Below are positions 1-8,928 of a stretch of DNA of 64,000 nucleotides, piece after piece. The stretch spans positions 291,037-355,036 of the forward strand of contig JBAZNQ010000001.1 of assembly GCA_041649135.1 (NCBI GenBank). The letters run 5' to 3'. Each line of letters starts with the position of its first letter. The stretch's first letter is position 1. The stretch comes from Patescibacteria group bacterium. GTDB taxonomy: Bacteria > Patescibacteriota > Kazan-3B-28. A program made the position numbers and the translations under genes. Under the pieces are notes generated by a model. The model was not told where the DNA came from. It made no database searches and saw nothing but the letters and a program-made list of their open reading frames with translations.

Positions 1-454
1 CCGTTTCTGGTCGCAGATACACCACATTCGATTCATCATCCACCGGCCCAGCATGAGTCTTAAACATCAAATTAAAATTCCGCGCTTCCGTCAGCTCTCC
101 ACCACAGTTTGGACATTTTTTGTCTTGAAGATGGTCTGCCCGAAATCTCTGCTTACATTCCTTACAATCGACCAGCGGGTCAGTAAATTCGGCGATGTGT
201 CCGCTTGCCTCCCAGACTTTTGGGTTCATCAAAATAGCTGAATCCAAGCCGACAATATCCGTCCGCTTCATCACCAAATCCTGCCACCACACTTGCTTAA
301 CATTGTTTTTTAATAACACTCCGTATGGGCCATAATCCCATGCGTTAGCTAATCCACCATAAATTTCCGAACTCGGATAAATAAAGCCACGCCGTTTGGC
401 AACATTTACGATTTCATCCATACTAACCAGTTTTTTCCCCGATCCATTATTCAT
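1..454 (-). CDS. glyQS: Glycine--tRNA ligase, alpha2 type (5' part; gene runs off the window start)
   Basis: Manual translation [45 protein letters not shown]... ending near LRPET, the typical N-terminus of homodimeric GlyRS. Confidence 0.93.
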   Translation of the reverse strand, partial: MNNGSGKKLVSMDEIVNVAKRRGFIYPSSEIYGGLANAWDYGPYGVLLKNNVKQVWWQDLVMKRTDIVGLDSAILMNPKVWEASGHIAEFTDPLVDCKECKQRFRADHLQDKKCPNCGGELTEARNFNLMFKTHAGPVDDESNVVYLRPET

Positions 455-482
455 AATTCATGATTCACCATTCATCTCCCCC

Positions 483-929
483 CTATTGTCCATCAACAAT
501 CACATTAAATTCCACCGTCTTGTCCGGTGCTACTTGATATTTCACCATATGACCGCCCGCATGCTTAATTGGTTCAGGAATAATAATTAACCCAGCCTGT
601 ACTTTCAGCCCCAACTGTTCTTGTACCGCTCTGGCAATCTGTTCTTCATTGATCGCCGCGAACAGTCCGCCAGTCGGGTTAGTTTTAGCACCAATCCGAA
701 TTTGCTGACCAGCCAAACTCTCCGCCTGCTGTTCCAGCTCTACTACTTCCTTCGTCTGTTGATCTGTCCGTTGTGACTTTTCCAACTCGACAGACGTTTT
801 AGCCCCTCTAGTGGCTAATTTTGCCAATCCCAAAGCTATCAGGTAGTTTCGGCCATATCCGTCAGCTACCCGTTTTACTTCGCCTTTCCGGCCCACCCCG
901 CGGACATCTTTTAAGAGAATAACTTCCAT
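483..929 (-). CDS. rplI: 50S ribosomal protein L9
   Basis: [31 protein letters not shown] motif; start trimmed to ATG 929. Confidence 0.97.
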   Translation of the reverse strand: MEVILLKDVRGVGRKGEVKRVADGYGRNYLIALGLAKLATRGAKTSVELEKSQRTDQQTKEVVELEQQAESLAGQQIRIGAKTNPTGGLFAAINEEQIARAVQEQLGLKVQAGLIIIPEPIKHAGGHMVKYQVAPDKTVEFNVIVDGQ

Positions 930-1007
930 ACCTCTGAATTTTAGGGTAAAAACCCTAAAATTCAAACTCCAAGCACTAAATATCAATCATCCAACAAATC
1001 CTCAACC

Positions 1008-1368
1008 CTCCTGAAAATCCTAAACTCGAAATTCTAAATCCTAAACAAATCCCAAATTCTAATGCTTCAAACGTTTCCTGTGTCATTCCCACCCTCTTCT
1101 TCGTCATTCCCACCCTCTTCTTTGTCATTCCCGCGCCCGCCTGCAACGATGCCCACCAGAAACGCTGTATCTACTGCGGACTGGTAGCACTTCGGGCAGG
1201 TAGGCGGGAATCCAGCCAAGAACAAAAACATTTTTTCTTTTTTCTGTCTGGATTCCGGATCAAGTCCGGAATGACGAATTGTTTATTTTAATCATTGGTA
1301 TTTCGTGCTTCGTGCTTGCCTGCCCGCCTTTGGAGGGTTTAGTATTTCGAATTTCGGATTTAGGATTT
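1008..1368. repeat. Composite element: CTAAATY-type heptamer array, REP-like palindromes, then an inverted heptamer array
   Basis: Left arm aatcctaaactcgaaattctaaatcctaaac; internal gtcattcccgcg...gcgggaatcc and ggattccggatcaagtccggaatgac; right arm gtttagtatttcgaatttcggatttaggattt. Confidence 0.85.
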
Positions 1369-2577
1369 CCCCAAAAGCTTCTTTGCTTCTTCCAGCTGAA
1401 CATCCGTAGTGTCTGCCTCCGTCAATTTCACTTCCCTATCTGGTTTTATGCCCGCATCACTAATCGATTTACCATTCGGGGTATACCATTTTGCCACCGT
1501 TACTCGCAAAGCCGAACCGTCTGGAAATTCTTCCACTTCCTGCACACTCCCCTTACCAAATGTCGTCTCACCGATAATCTTAGCTCGTCCATGATCTTGT
1601 AATGCTCCTGCCACGATCTCTGCCGCGCTAGCGCTGCCCTGATTTACCAACACCATTAACGGAATATCTGTCAATCGACCATCACCATCTGCCGAAAACA
1701 AAGTCTTCTCTCCGGTTTTCATCCGCTCTTCCACGATCACACCCTCTTTCAAAAATTCATTTGCGACTTTTACACCCGAGTCTAAGAACCCACCCGGATT
1801 ATTTCGCAAATCCAACACCACCCCCTTCACCCCTTCCGCAATAATTTTATTTACCGATGTTTTAAACAACGCATCCGTATCACTCGCAAACCGTGAAATT
1901 TTGATAGTCGCAATTTTACTATCATCGATCTCCACCGACACGCTCTCACGTGAAATCTTTTGGCGTGTGATCTTTAATGTCATTGGTTCTTTTACGCCTT
2001 GACGATTGATCACCAAAGTTACTTGTGTTCCAGACGGTCCTTTGATCTTTTCCAGCACCTCACCAAATGTCATCCCCACTACTGGCTGTCCATCGATCGA
2101 TACGACCTCGTCCAGAGTCTTCATCCCCGCCGTCTCTGCCGGTGAGCCCTTCAATGGCGCCACCACCACTAATGCGCCATCCACCACATCCAACTCCACC
2201 CCAATCCCTTCATAACTGCCATTTAACGCTTCAAAAAATTGTTTATTCTCTGTCGGATCGGCAAAAATCGTGTACGGATCACCAAGCGCCGCCACTAATC
2301 CTTTAATACTGCCATACAACATATCCTGTGCGTTTACTTCGCCAAAATAATTGTTCTGTAATCTATCGGCCACCTCCCAGAACAAACTAAAATCCGTTTT
2401 ACCTAAAGTTTTGTGTTGAAGTTCCTGCCGAAATACCGCCGCATAGTTATTGGCGGTAATTTTTCCGTAATATCCTTGCGTCACACCCAAAAAATAAACT
2501 GCCACCAGCAGAATTATCCCCCCGACGGTAATCGACAATCTCTTAGTCATCCAAGATGAGTCTTTTAGTTTTCGCAT
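1360..2577 (-). CDS. ctpA: C-terminal processing peptidase, S41 family with PDZ domain
   Basis: GIGV PDZ loop, DLRNNPGG, SASAAEI and TFGKGSVQ motifs; N-terminal TM segment. Confidence 0.95.
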   Translation of the reverse strand: MRKLKDSSWMTKRLSITVGGIILLVAVYFLGVTQGYYGKITANNYAAVFRQELQHKTLGKTDFSLFWEVADRLQNNYFGEVNAQDMLYGSIKGLVAALGDPYTIFADPTENKQFFEALNGSYEGIGVELDVVDGALVVVAPLKGSPAETAGMKTLDEVVSIDGQPVVGMTFGEVLEKIKGPSGTQVTLVINRQGVKEPMTLKITRQKISRESVSVEIDDSKIATIKISRFASDTDALFKTSVNKIIAEGVKGVVLDLRNNPGGFLDSGVKVANEFLKEGVIVEERMKTGEKTLFSADGDGRLTDIPLMVLVNQGSASAAEIVAGALQDHGRAKIIGETTFGKGSVQEVEEFPDGSALRVTVAKWYTPNGKSISDAGIKPDREVKLTEADTTDVQLEEAKKLLGKS

Positions 2578-2683
2578 TATCTAGTGTTCGTGTCCCAATC
2601 CAAAACCTTTCACCTGAAAGTATTTTACCACGAACCCAGCGAGTCGCGAGTTACGAGTAGCGAGTTGCGAGCGAGAGGTACCT

Positions 2684-2738
2684 CCCCGTTTCGGCCTTTC
2701 GGTATAGAGTCGTCCTCCTTACCATTAGATGAACGGCC
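2684..2738 (-). pseudogene. Possible degenerate tRNA remnant (Glu/Gln-like)
   Basis: Minus strand GGCCGTTCATCTAATGGTAAGGA...AAGGCCGAAACGGGG resembles tRNA acceptor/D arm and variable/T-stem parts; no T-loop or 3' acceptor strand. Confidence 0.3.
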
Positions 2739-2919
2739 GTTCATTATTTGGTACTTCTTTATCTTCGCCATTGGAACTTGAGCGTACGAGCTTTTAATCT
2801 CACCGATCTGATCAATCCAAACAATCTCCACCAATTATGTCTCTATACTGGTTAGATTGGAGGAAATTGGATAAATTGGTTAGATTTCAACAATGAACGC
2901 TAGCTTGCGTTCATTGTAA

Positions 2920-4083
2920 TTAGCCCGCCAGATATGCCAACGGATTTCTCGCCTCCCCATTCAACCAAACTTCAAAATGAAGATGTGGCCCTGTTGTTAG
3001 CCAACCAGCGCCTGTTGTCATCGGTGTTCCACCAGTTGAACCAATCACCATCCCGACCGGCACAAATTGTCCGGTTGCTACCGATACTCCGCTCACATGG
3101 CCATACACCGTCACCATTCCATTGCCATGGTCTAGCATGATGTAGGAATACGCATTACTACCATCAAATTTTACCTTCAACACATACGCATCAGCCGGTG
3201 CTTTGATCGGTGTCCCCTGTGGTGTCGCAATATCAATCGCGTTATGTACCAATTTGAACCGACTTTGATAATCACCATCTCTGAAAGTAGCCGTTACTAG
3301 TCTTGATGGGATCGGCCACAACAATGAATACTTACCTTCATTTAATACCCCTCGCCGGGAGCTTTTCGCCAACGCAGCAATTTGATTTTCCAACTTCTGC
3401 TGCTCGATTACTGCCGACTCCAATTTGTTTTGATATTCCGCTTCAGTCAGTTTAGCGTCCTGTAACAATGATGCTTTACCTTGAACCTGCGCATTCAAAT
3501 TATTCTGTTCCAACTGCTTCGATGACTGCAGTTCCTTCAATTGTTTGTCAGCCGCCTCTAATTCTCCCTTCTTGCTTGTCAATTCGTCATTTAAAGTTTG
3601 CAGTACCGAAATACTGTTCGTAATTCTCCCCTCAATGGTAGTAATGTATTCAATCTGACTGATAAAATCCGACAAATCACTCGAGCCCATCATTACTTCT
3701 AACAAACCCGACCGGTTGCGAACATACGCCTCTTTAATCGCCTCTCGCAACACTCGTTTCTTTTCATAAATCTCCACCTCTGCCGACACCAGATCACCGT
3801 TAATCTGGCTCATATTTAAATTGACAGTATCAATTTGCCCTGACAACGCTTGTAGCTGCAGTTCGCTCAACTTCACCTGCCCGTCCAAAATATCTAACTG
3901 ATTTTGTAATGTTGTCTTCCGTTTCCGAATACTATCAAGTTGTTTTTGTTGTGCTTCAATTTGATCGCGCAATTTACTTAGCTCCTCCGTCTTCTCCCCT
4001 AAAAGATCAGCACTAGCCGGCAACACAACACTTAGCGCCAGAATGAAAGCAAAAACTAATTTTGTTACTCTGCGAAATTTCAT
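2920..4083 (-). CDS. Coiled-coil M23 peptidase (EnvC/CwlO-like murein hydrolase or activator)
   Basis: Signal peptide, long coiled coil, HNAID...TVYGH...GPHLHFEV; directly downstream of ftsEX. Confidence 0.92.
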   Translation of the reverse strand: MKFRRVTKLVFAFILALSVVLPASADLLGEKTEELSKLRDQIEAQQKQLDSIRKRKTTLQNQLDILDGQVKLSELQLQALSGQIDTVNLNMSQINGDLVSAEVEIYEKKRVLREAIKEAYVRNRSGLLEVMMGSSDLSDFISQIEYITTIEGRITNSISVLQTLNDELTSKKGELEAADKQLKELQSSKQLEQNNLNAQVQGKASLLQDAKLTEAEYQNKLESAVIEQQKLENQIAALAKSSRRGVLNEGKYSLLWPIPSRLVTATFRDGDYQSRFKLVHNAIDIATPQGTPIKAPADAYVLKVKFDGSNAYSYIMLDHGNGMVTVYGHVSGVSVATGQFVPVGMVIGSTGGTPMTTGAGWLTTGPHLHFEVWLNGEARNPLAYLAG

Positions 4084-4098
4084 AACCCTTTTTTATTT

Positions 4099-4240
4099 GT
4101 CATTCTGACTTCTCTCCCCTGTGTCATTCCGGATTTAGTCCGGAATCTAGAAAATAAAAGCAAACATTTTTCCGTTTCTGTCTGGATCCTGAATCAAGCT
4201 TGCCCGCGGGTGCGGGACGCAGCCAGGGTTCAGGATGACG
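4099..4240. repeat. REP-like palindrome pair
   Basis: gtcattccggatttagtccggaatc and ggatcctgaatcaag...ttcaggatgac. Confidence 0.8.
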
Positions 4241-4282
4241 GCTTTCTCTATTCGTCTATAAGTCTATTGATCTATCATCTCT

Positions 4283-5194
4283 CTATATTGCGAGATGTTT
4301 TCTAGTCGCCCAGTAACTCGACAAACCACCCACCACTAAACCTACTCCCAGTTGTAACCCAACCAAAAATGCTATAAATCCGCCGGAAAATAGTGGGTTT
4401 CCCGCTGTCGAGATCAAATAATTAGTCATCAACGGTCTAATAATCGCACCATACCCTAATGCCAACAATGAACTTGTCAGCACCGACGCAATTACCCCAT
4501 ACATCATTCCCTCAATAATAAATGGCCAGCGAATATACCAGTCAGTCGCCCCCACCAGTTTCATAATTTCGATCTCCTGCCGACGAGTGAAAATTGTAAT
4601 TCGAATCGTGTTAAAGATGATCATCAACGAAACCCCCACCAGCACGATCGCCAAAATCAAGCTTGAGCGTTGGATAAAACTACTGACATTCCGCAATTTC
4701 TCAATTATTTTCTGATTGTCTTCTAAACTAGTTTCCGAGATTACTTTAGCATACTGACCATTGCGAATCTGTTCAACGATCCCCTCGATTTTATACGGGT
4801 CACTTGCCTTAATCTCTAAACTAGCCGGCAAAAAATTCTCCTCCTCCGGAATAATACTGCGAATAATTGTTCGATTACGATTCTCTGTCAGGAACTTATC
4901 CATCGCCTCTTGCGATGACACATATGTTACTCCTCGCACATCCTCCCAGCTCTCCACTTGGCTCTTCAACTCCAAAATGTCTTTTTCCAGAGCGGTTTCC
5001 TTGAAGAAAACCGCTACATCAATTCGCTCATTGATTGACGTTATCGTTGTCCCAATTACTACGTTCAAAGATGCCAGAATACTAATGATCAACAACGCTT
5101 GCGCCATAATAAATACCGCCACCAAACTCAACCAGCCGTTTCGTCTGAAACTCTGCCATGCCGATTTAAAAATCCGATGCCAGAATATATACAT
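4283..5194 (-). CDS. ftsX: Cell division permease FtsX
   Basis: IFNTIRITIFTRRQEIEIMKLVGATDWYIRWPFIIEG motif; 4 TM segments. Confidence 0.96.
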   Translation of the reverse strand: MYIFWHRIFKSAWQSFRRNGWLSLVAVFIMAQALLIISILASLNVVIGTTITSINERIDVAVFFKETALEKDILELKSQVESWEDVRGVTYVSSQEAMDKFLTENRNRTIIRSIIPEEENFLPASLEIKASDPYKIEGIVEQIRNGQYAKVISETSLEDNQKIIEKLRNVSSFIQRSSLILAIVLVGVSLMIIFNTIRITIFTRRQEIEIMKLVGATDWYIRWPFIIEGMMYGVIASVLTSSLLALGYGAIIRPLMTNYLISTAGNPLFSGGFIAFLVGLQLGVGLVVGGLSSYWATRKHLAI

Positions 5195-5202
5195 AGTAAG
5201 AA

Positions 5203-5530
5203 AACTCTAAATTCTAATCTCTAAATCCTAAACAAATTATAAATTACAATGTCTTAAACCTTTCCTTCGTCGTCCTCGAGCCGGAATTCTGCTGGACAGC
5301 AGAAGCTCCGACATCGGAGATCCAGACCGAAACAAAAACATTTTTATTTTTCCTTTCTGGATCCTCTGGTTCCATCCTTCGCTCGTTGAGCTTCCTCCGT
5401 CGCCAAGGCTATGAAGGACTCTGACGGAGGACTGACGCAAGCCAGAGGATGACAGTTTTTTTGTTTTATTAGTATTTCTAATTTCGTGCTTCGTGCTTGT
5501 TTAGTATTTCGGATTTCGTGCTTCGTATTT
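5203..5530. repeat. Composite element: inverted CTAAATY heptamer arrays enclosing REP-like palindromes
   Basis: actctaaattctaatctctaaatcctaaacaaat ... gtttagtatttcggatttcgtgcttcgtattt. Confidence 0.8.
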
Positions 5531-5538
5531 ATTTCTTA

Positions 5539-6231
5539 TTATTTATAGTTATAATTATCATCATATTTACTCTTGCGTTTATCACGCATCACTTTCCCAT
5601 CTTCCAAACTAATCACCCGCCGGTTAATCGTATCAACAACATCCCGATTATGAGTTGCCAACAGTACTGTTGTACCGAGTGAATTAATTTTTAATAACAA
5701 TTTAGCAATCTCACCAGCATTTTTCGGATCTAAATTCCCAGTCGGCTCATCTGCGATCAAAAACTTTGGTTTAAATACCAAAGCTCTGGCAATCGCTACC
5801 CGCTGGGCTTCTCCACCTGACATTTCTCGAGGGAAACTGTCACCCCTCCCCTTCAGCCCTACCAATTCCAGAATCTTCTCCACCTCGGAATCAATCTCAT
5901 TATCCGGCAAACCAGATACTTCTAGGGCAAACGCCACATTCTCCGCTACTGTTTTATTTGGCAATAGTTTGAAATCTTGGAACACCACTCCGATTTGCCG
6001 CCGATAATACGGAATATACTTGTCCTTCAACAAATGAATATCTTTACCGTCAATCGTAATCCGGCCAAAAGTTGGCTTCTCCTCGCACAACAACAACTTA
6101 ATTAAAGTTGATTTTCCAGCACCTGATGGCCCAACTAACGTTACAAACTCCTGTGGGTGAATTGTAAAACTCACCCCGTCCAGAACTTTGTGCGCACCAT
6201 AGTGCTTAGTTACTTTTTCGAATTCAATCAT
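5539..6231 (-). CDS. ftsE: Cell division ATP-binding protein FtsE
   Basis: GPSGAGKST Walker A, IGVVFQDFKLL, MSGGEAQR, ADEPTGNLD. Confidence 0.96.
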   Translation of the reverse strand: MIEFEKVTKHYGAHKVLDGVSFTIHPQEFVTLVGPSGAGKSTLIKLLLCEEKPTFGRITIDGKDIHLLKDKYIPYYRRQIGVVFQDFKLLPNKTVAENVAFALEVSGLPDNEIDSEVEKILELVGLKGRGDSFPREMSGGEAQRVAIARALVFKPKFLIADEPTGNLDPKNAGEIAKLLLKINSLGTTVLLATHNRDVVDTINRRVISLEDGKVMRDKRKSKYDDNYNYK

Positions 6232-6311
6232 AGGAGACAGCTACAAAAATCCTAAAACCTAAATTCTAAACCCTAAACAAATTCTAAATCCCAATGTCCC
6301 AAATCACAAAC

Positions 6312-6683
6312 TTAACCTCCTATGGTTTTTGTTAAGATTGCACCCAAAATCTTCATCAATTGAGTACATTCATCAATTAGCCCATTTCTCAAAGCTATAT
6401 CGGTATCATTTGGTTGGGTCAGCAAGAGCCAGAAACGTGCTTCCTTGGCTTCTTTTTTCGATATTCTAATCCGCATGGCAAAATCTCGTTTACCCAATGC
6501 TTCGTTGGCCTCAATATAGTTGGCGCCTACCGAACCACCAGCTCGAACCAATTGTTTTGCATTTTCAATATTCGCCACATCACGTGGCAAAGCCCGCGCA
6601 TATTCATTAATCCGACGGGCAAAGTCCAACGTCCTGTTCTCCAAATCATATAAAGTTTTAACCCGATCAGCCGTTTGTATCAT
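6312..6683 (-). CDS. Four-helix-bundle protein (23S rRNA IVP / bAvd-like family)
   Basis: QLVRAGGSVGANYIEANE...DF...ISKKEAKEARFWL family signature. Confidence 0.9.
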   Translation of the reverse strand: MIQTADRVKTLYDLENRTLDFARRINEYARALPRDVANIENAKQLVRAGGSVGANYIEANEALGKRDFAMRIRISKKEAKEARFWLLLTQPNDTDIALRNGLIDECTQLMKILGAILTKTIGG

Positions 6684-6714
6684 TGTGATTTGTTTAGAAT
6701 TTCGATATTCGGAT

Positions 6715-7833
6715 TTAGGATTTGTCCTGTTTTCTATAAGAAAGCAGGACGCTACTTATTAATTCATCCAAATCACCTTCTTTCAGAACTTTTTCTGTTT
6801 GCGAGGTTTCAAAATCACTCCGATGGTCCTTCACTTGTTGATAAGGATGGAGGGTAAAAGTCCTGATCTGACGTCCAAAATCTCCCGAAACATTGGATGC
6901 CTTTAGCTTCCGATTTTCCGCATCCCGTTGTTCTTGTTCCAGTAAATACAATCGGTTTTTCAGAATCTTCATCGCCACTTCCTTGTTTTGAGTTTGCGAC
7001 CTTTCGGTTTGAATTGACACCACCAGATTAGTCGGAATATGTGTAATCCGTACCGCCGAATCAGTTGTGTTGACACTCTGCCCACCGCAACCCGATGACT
7101 TGAAGGTTTCGATCTTCAAATCTTCATCTTTTATTTTCACATCTACATCACCTAAATCTGGCAGCACTTCGATCAGTGCAAATGATGTTTGTCTTAACCC
7201 CTGCGCATTAAACGGACTAATTCGAATCAGCCGGTGTACACCAGCTTCCGACTTTAACCAACCATACGCTCTAAACCCAGTAATTTTTAAAGTTGCGTTT
7301 TTAACTCCCGCCTCGCCTCCTTCAGTAATATCCATTATTTCTGTCTTCCACTCTTTCCGTTTGGCGTAAGCAAGATACATATTCAACAACATCCCGTTCC
7401 AGTCTGCCGCATCCACCCCACCTGTTCCGACATGAAACATCACATAGGCGTTTTTGTCATCATAAGTTCCCGAGAACAGCGTCTGCGCCTCCAGCCAAGT
7501 AATCAGCTCACCAGCTTTAGCCAAATCCTCTTTCATTAACTTTTCACTTTTCACTTTTAACTCTTCACTTAAATCCGTCGTCGGATTTACTGCCTCTCCT
7601 ACTCTCGCCAAAATCTCTCCGATCTCTGCCTCGGCTTCGATGATTTTCTTATTCATCTCAAATTTTGCCCCCTTCGCCGCCGCCGTCTGCTGATCTTTCC
7701 AAAAATCTGGCTGGCTCATCTCTGTTGCCAACTCCTCATTTTCCTTGGTTAACTTATCCCTATCTAAAAACCCCTGCAGTTGATCCAACTGCATCCGCAT
7801 AGATTCATATAGTTCTTTTACCCCATCAGACAT
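6715..7833 (-). CDS. prfB: Peptide chain release factor 2 (single uninterrupted frame)
   Basis: SPF tripeptide (RISPFN), GGQ motif, ERSQ..NK; start trimmed to ATG 7833. Confidence 0.96.
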   Translation of the reverse strand: MSDGVKELYESMRMQLDQLQGFLDRDKLTKENEELATEMSQPDFWKDQQTAAAKGAKFEMNKKIIEAEAEIGEILARVGEAVNPTTDLSEELKVKSEKLMKEDLAKAGELITWLEAQTLFSGTYDDKNAYVMFHVGTGGVDAADWNGMLLNMYLAYAKRKEWKTEIMDITEGGEAGVKNATLKITGFRAYGWLKSEAGVHRLIRISPFNAQGLRQTSFALIEVLPDLGDVDVKIKDEDLKIETFKSSGCGGQSVNTTDSAVRITHIPTNLVVSIQTERSQTQNKEVAMKILKNRLYLLEQEQRDAENRKLKASNVSGDFGRQIRTFTLHPYQQVKDHRSDFETSQTEKVLKEGDLDELISSVLLSYRKQDKS

Positions 7834-7969
7834 AATTTTCTGATTACCAAATTTAAGCCATACCCGAATTATAACAGACAAAAAATGGCTCTAACCGCAA
7901 AAGCGAATCAGAGCCATTAAATTTAGTTGTCAGGCAAATCCACCCATAATGGACACACCTGTTTCTCTA

Positions 7970-8374
7970 CTAGACTCTATCATCCCCCTTGTAGTCTGTT
8001 GACAGCAGACCCCCGCCGACAGCGATTAGCCCCTGCTGGTTAGCCTCCTGTTCCGCCTTCACAGCCTTATACGCAGTTGCTTGAGCCGTTAGCTCATGTG
8101 CAACGACTTCCGCCGCCTTAAACATAACTGGGCTGATAACGTTGTCCCGAGCCGTAGATATCGAACGGCAAACGCGGTTCCTCGCCCGCAACACTGCATC
8201 AGCCACTATCCCAGCATGCTGATCAGGTATCTTCGTTGTTTGCAACAATTCGCAAACAACATCCAAGGCGATAGGGGTCGTAACCGTTTGAAGAAAATCC
8301 ACGATTGCCTCGTGGAACGGCCTCTTTTCTACAACGATATCTTCCGGCATCTCCACCATCTCCTCAACCATCAA
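7970..8374 (-). CDS. Hypothetical protein
   Basis: 134-aa ORF with GAGGAG Shine-Dalgarno-like runs near the start and a hairpin downstream (7885-7917); exact start uncertain. Confidence 0.6.
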   Translation of the reverse strand: MMVEEMVEMPEDIVVEKRPFHEAIVDFLQTVTTPIALDVVCELLQTTKIPDQHAGIVADAVLRARNRVCRSISTARDNVISPVMFKAAEVVAHELTAQATAYKAVKAEQEANQQGLIAVGGGLLSTDYKGDDRV

Positions 8375-8461
8375 ATTTCTGAAGGAACAATCCCCCCAGA
8401 TGTGGTCATCCTAGCAAAAACCTCGCCCCCAGTCAACAAAAATCCCACAAATCGCTATGCG

Positions 8462-8772
8462 ATAATCACCAATCATCAAATCACAAATTCCAAAAGTTCC
8501 TCATTTGTCATTCTAACTGTTCTCTTCGTCGTCCTCGAGTTGGTAGCGAAGCGCCACAACGTCGGGGATCCAGAAAAGAACAACAAACAAAATCATTTTT
8601 CTGTTTCTTGTCTAGATTCCCGCCTACCTGCCCGAAGTGCTACCAGTCCGCAGTAGATACAGCGTTTCTGGCGGGCATCGTTGCAGGCGGGCGCGGGAAT
8701 GACAAGGATTTTTGCTTTGGTCTTTGTTATTTGTAGTTTGTTTGATTATTGGACATTGGATATTGGATATTA
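8462..8772. repeat. Composite element: inverted (TTGGWYA-type) heptamer arrays around REP palindromes
   Basis: aatcaccaatcatcaaatcacaaat ... gattattggacattggatattggatatt. Confidence 0.75.
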
Positions 8773-8882
8773 CAAAAGGGCGCCCAAAGCGCTACCATAA
8801 CTATTCATCGAAGATCACCCGAAGCTTTATGCGAAGGGTGACTACTCTCACTTATCACTATTCACTTTTAACTATTAACTAT

Positions 8883-8908
8883 AAAGGAGCTTCTTCCGAA
8901 GCTCCTTT
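8883..8908 (-). terminator. Intrinsic terminator-like hairpin
   Basis: aaaggagcttc-ttcc-gaagctccttt just after the stop of the 718-aa gene. Confidence 0.7.
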
Positions 8909-8928
8909 ATTCTGCTTATTCCTTTAAT

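Noticed and set aside
2687-2702. CCGAAAGGCCGAAAC resembling hammerhead ribozyme stem II
   Set aside because: The required CUGAnGA core is absent upstream.
2701-2738. Possible CTA-anticodon (amber suppressor) tRNA
   Set aside because: The anticodon stem cannot pair and there is no T arm or acceptor 3' strand.
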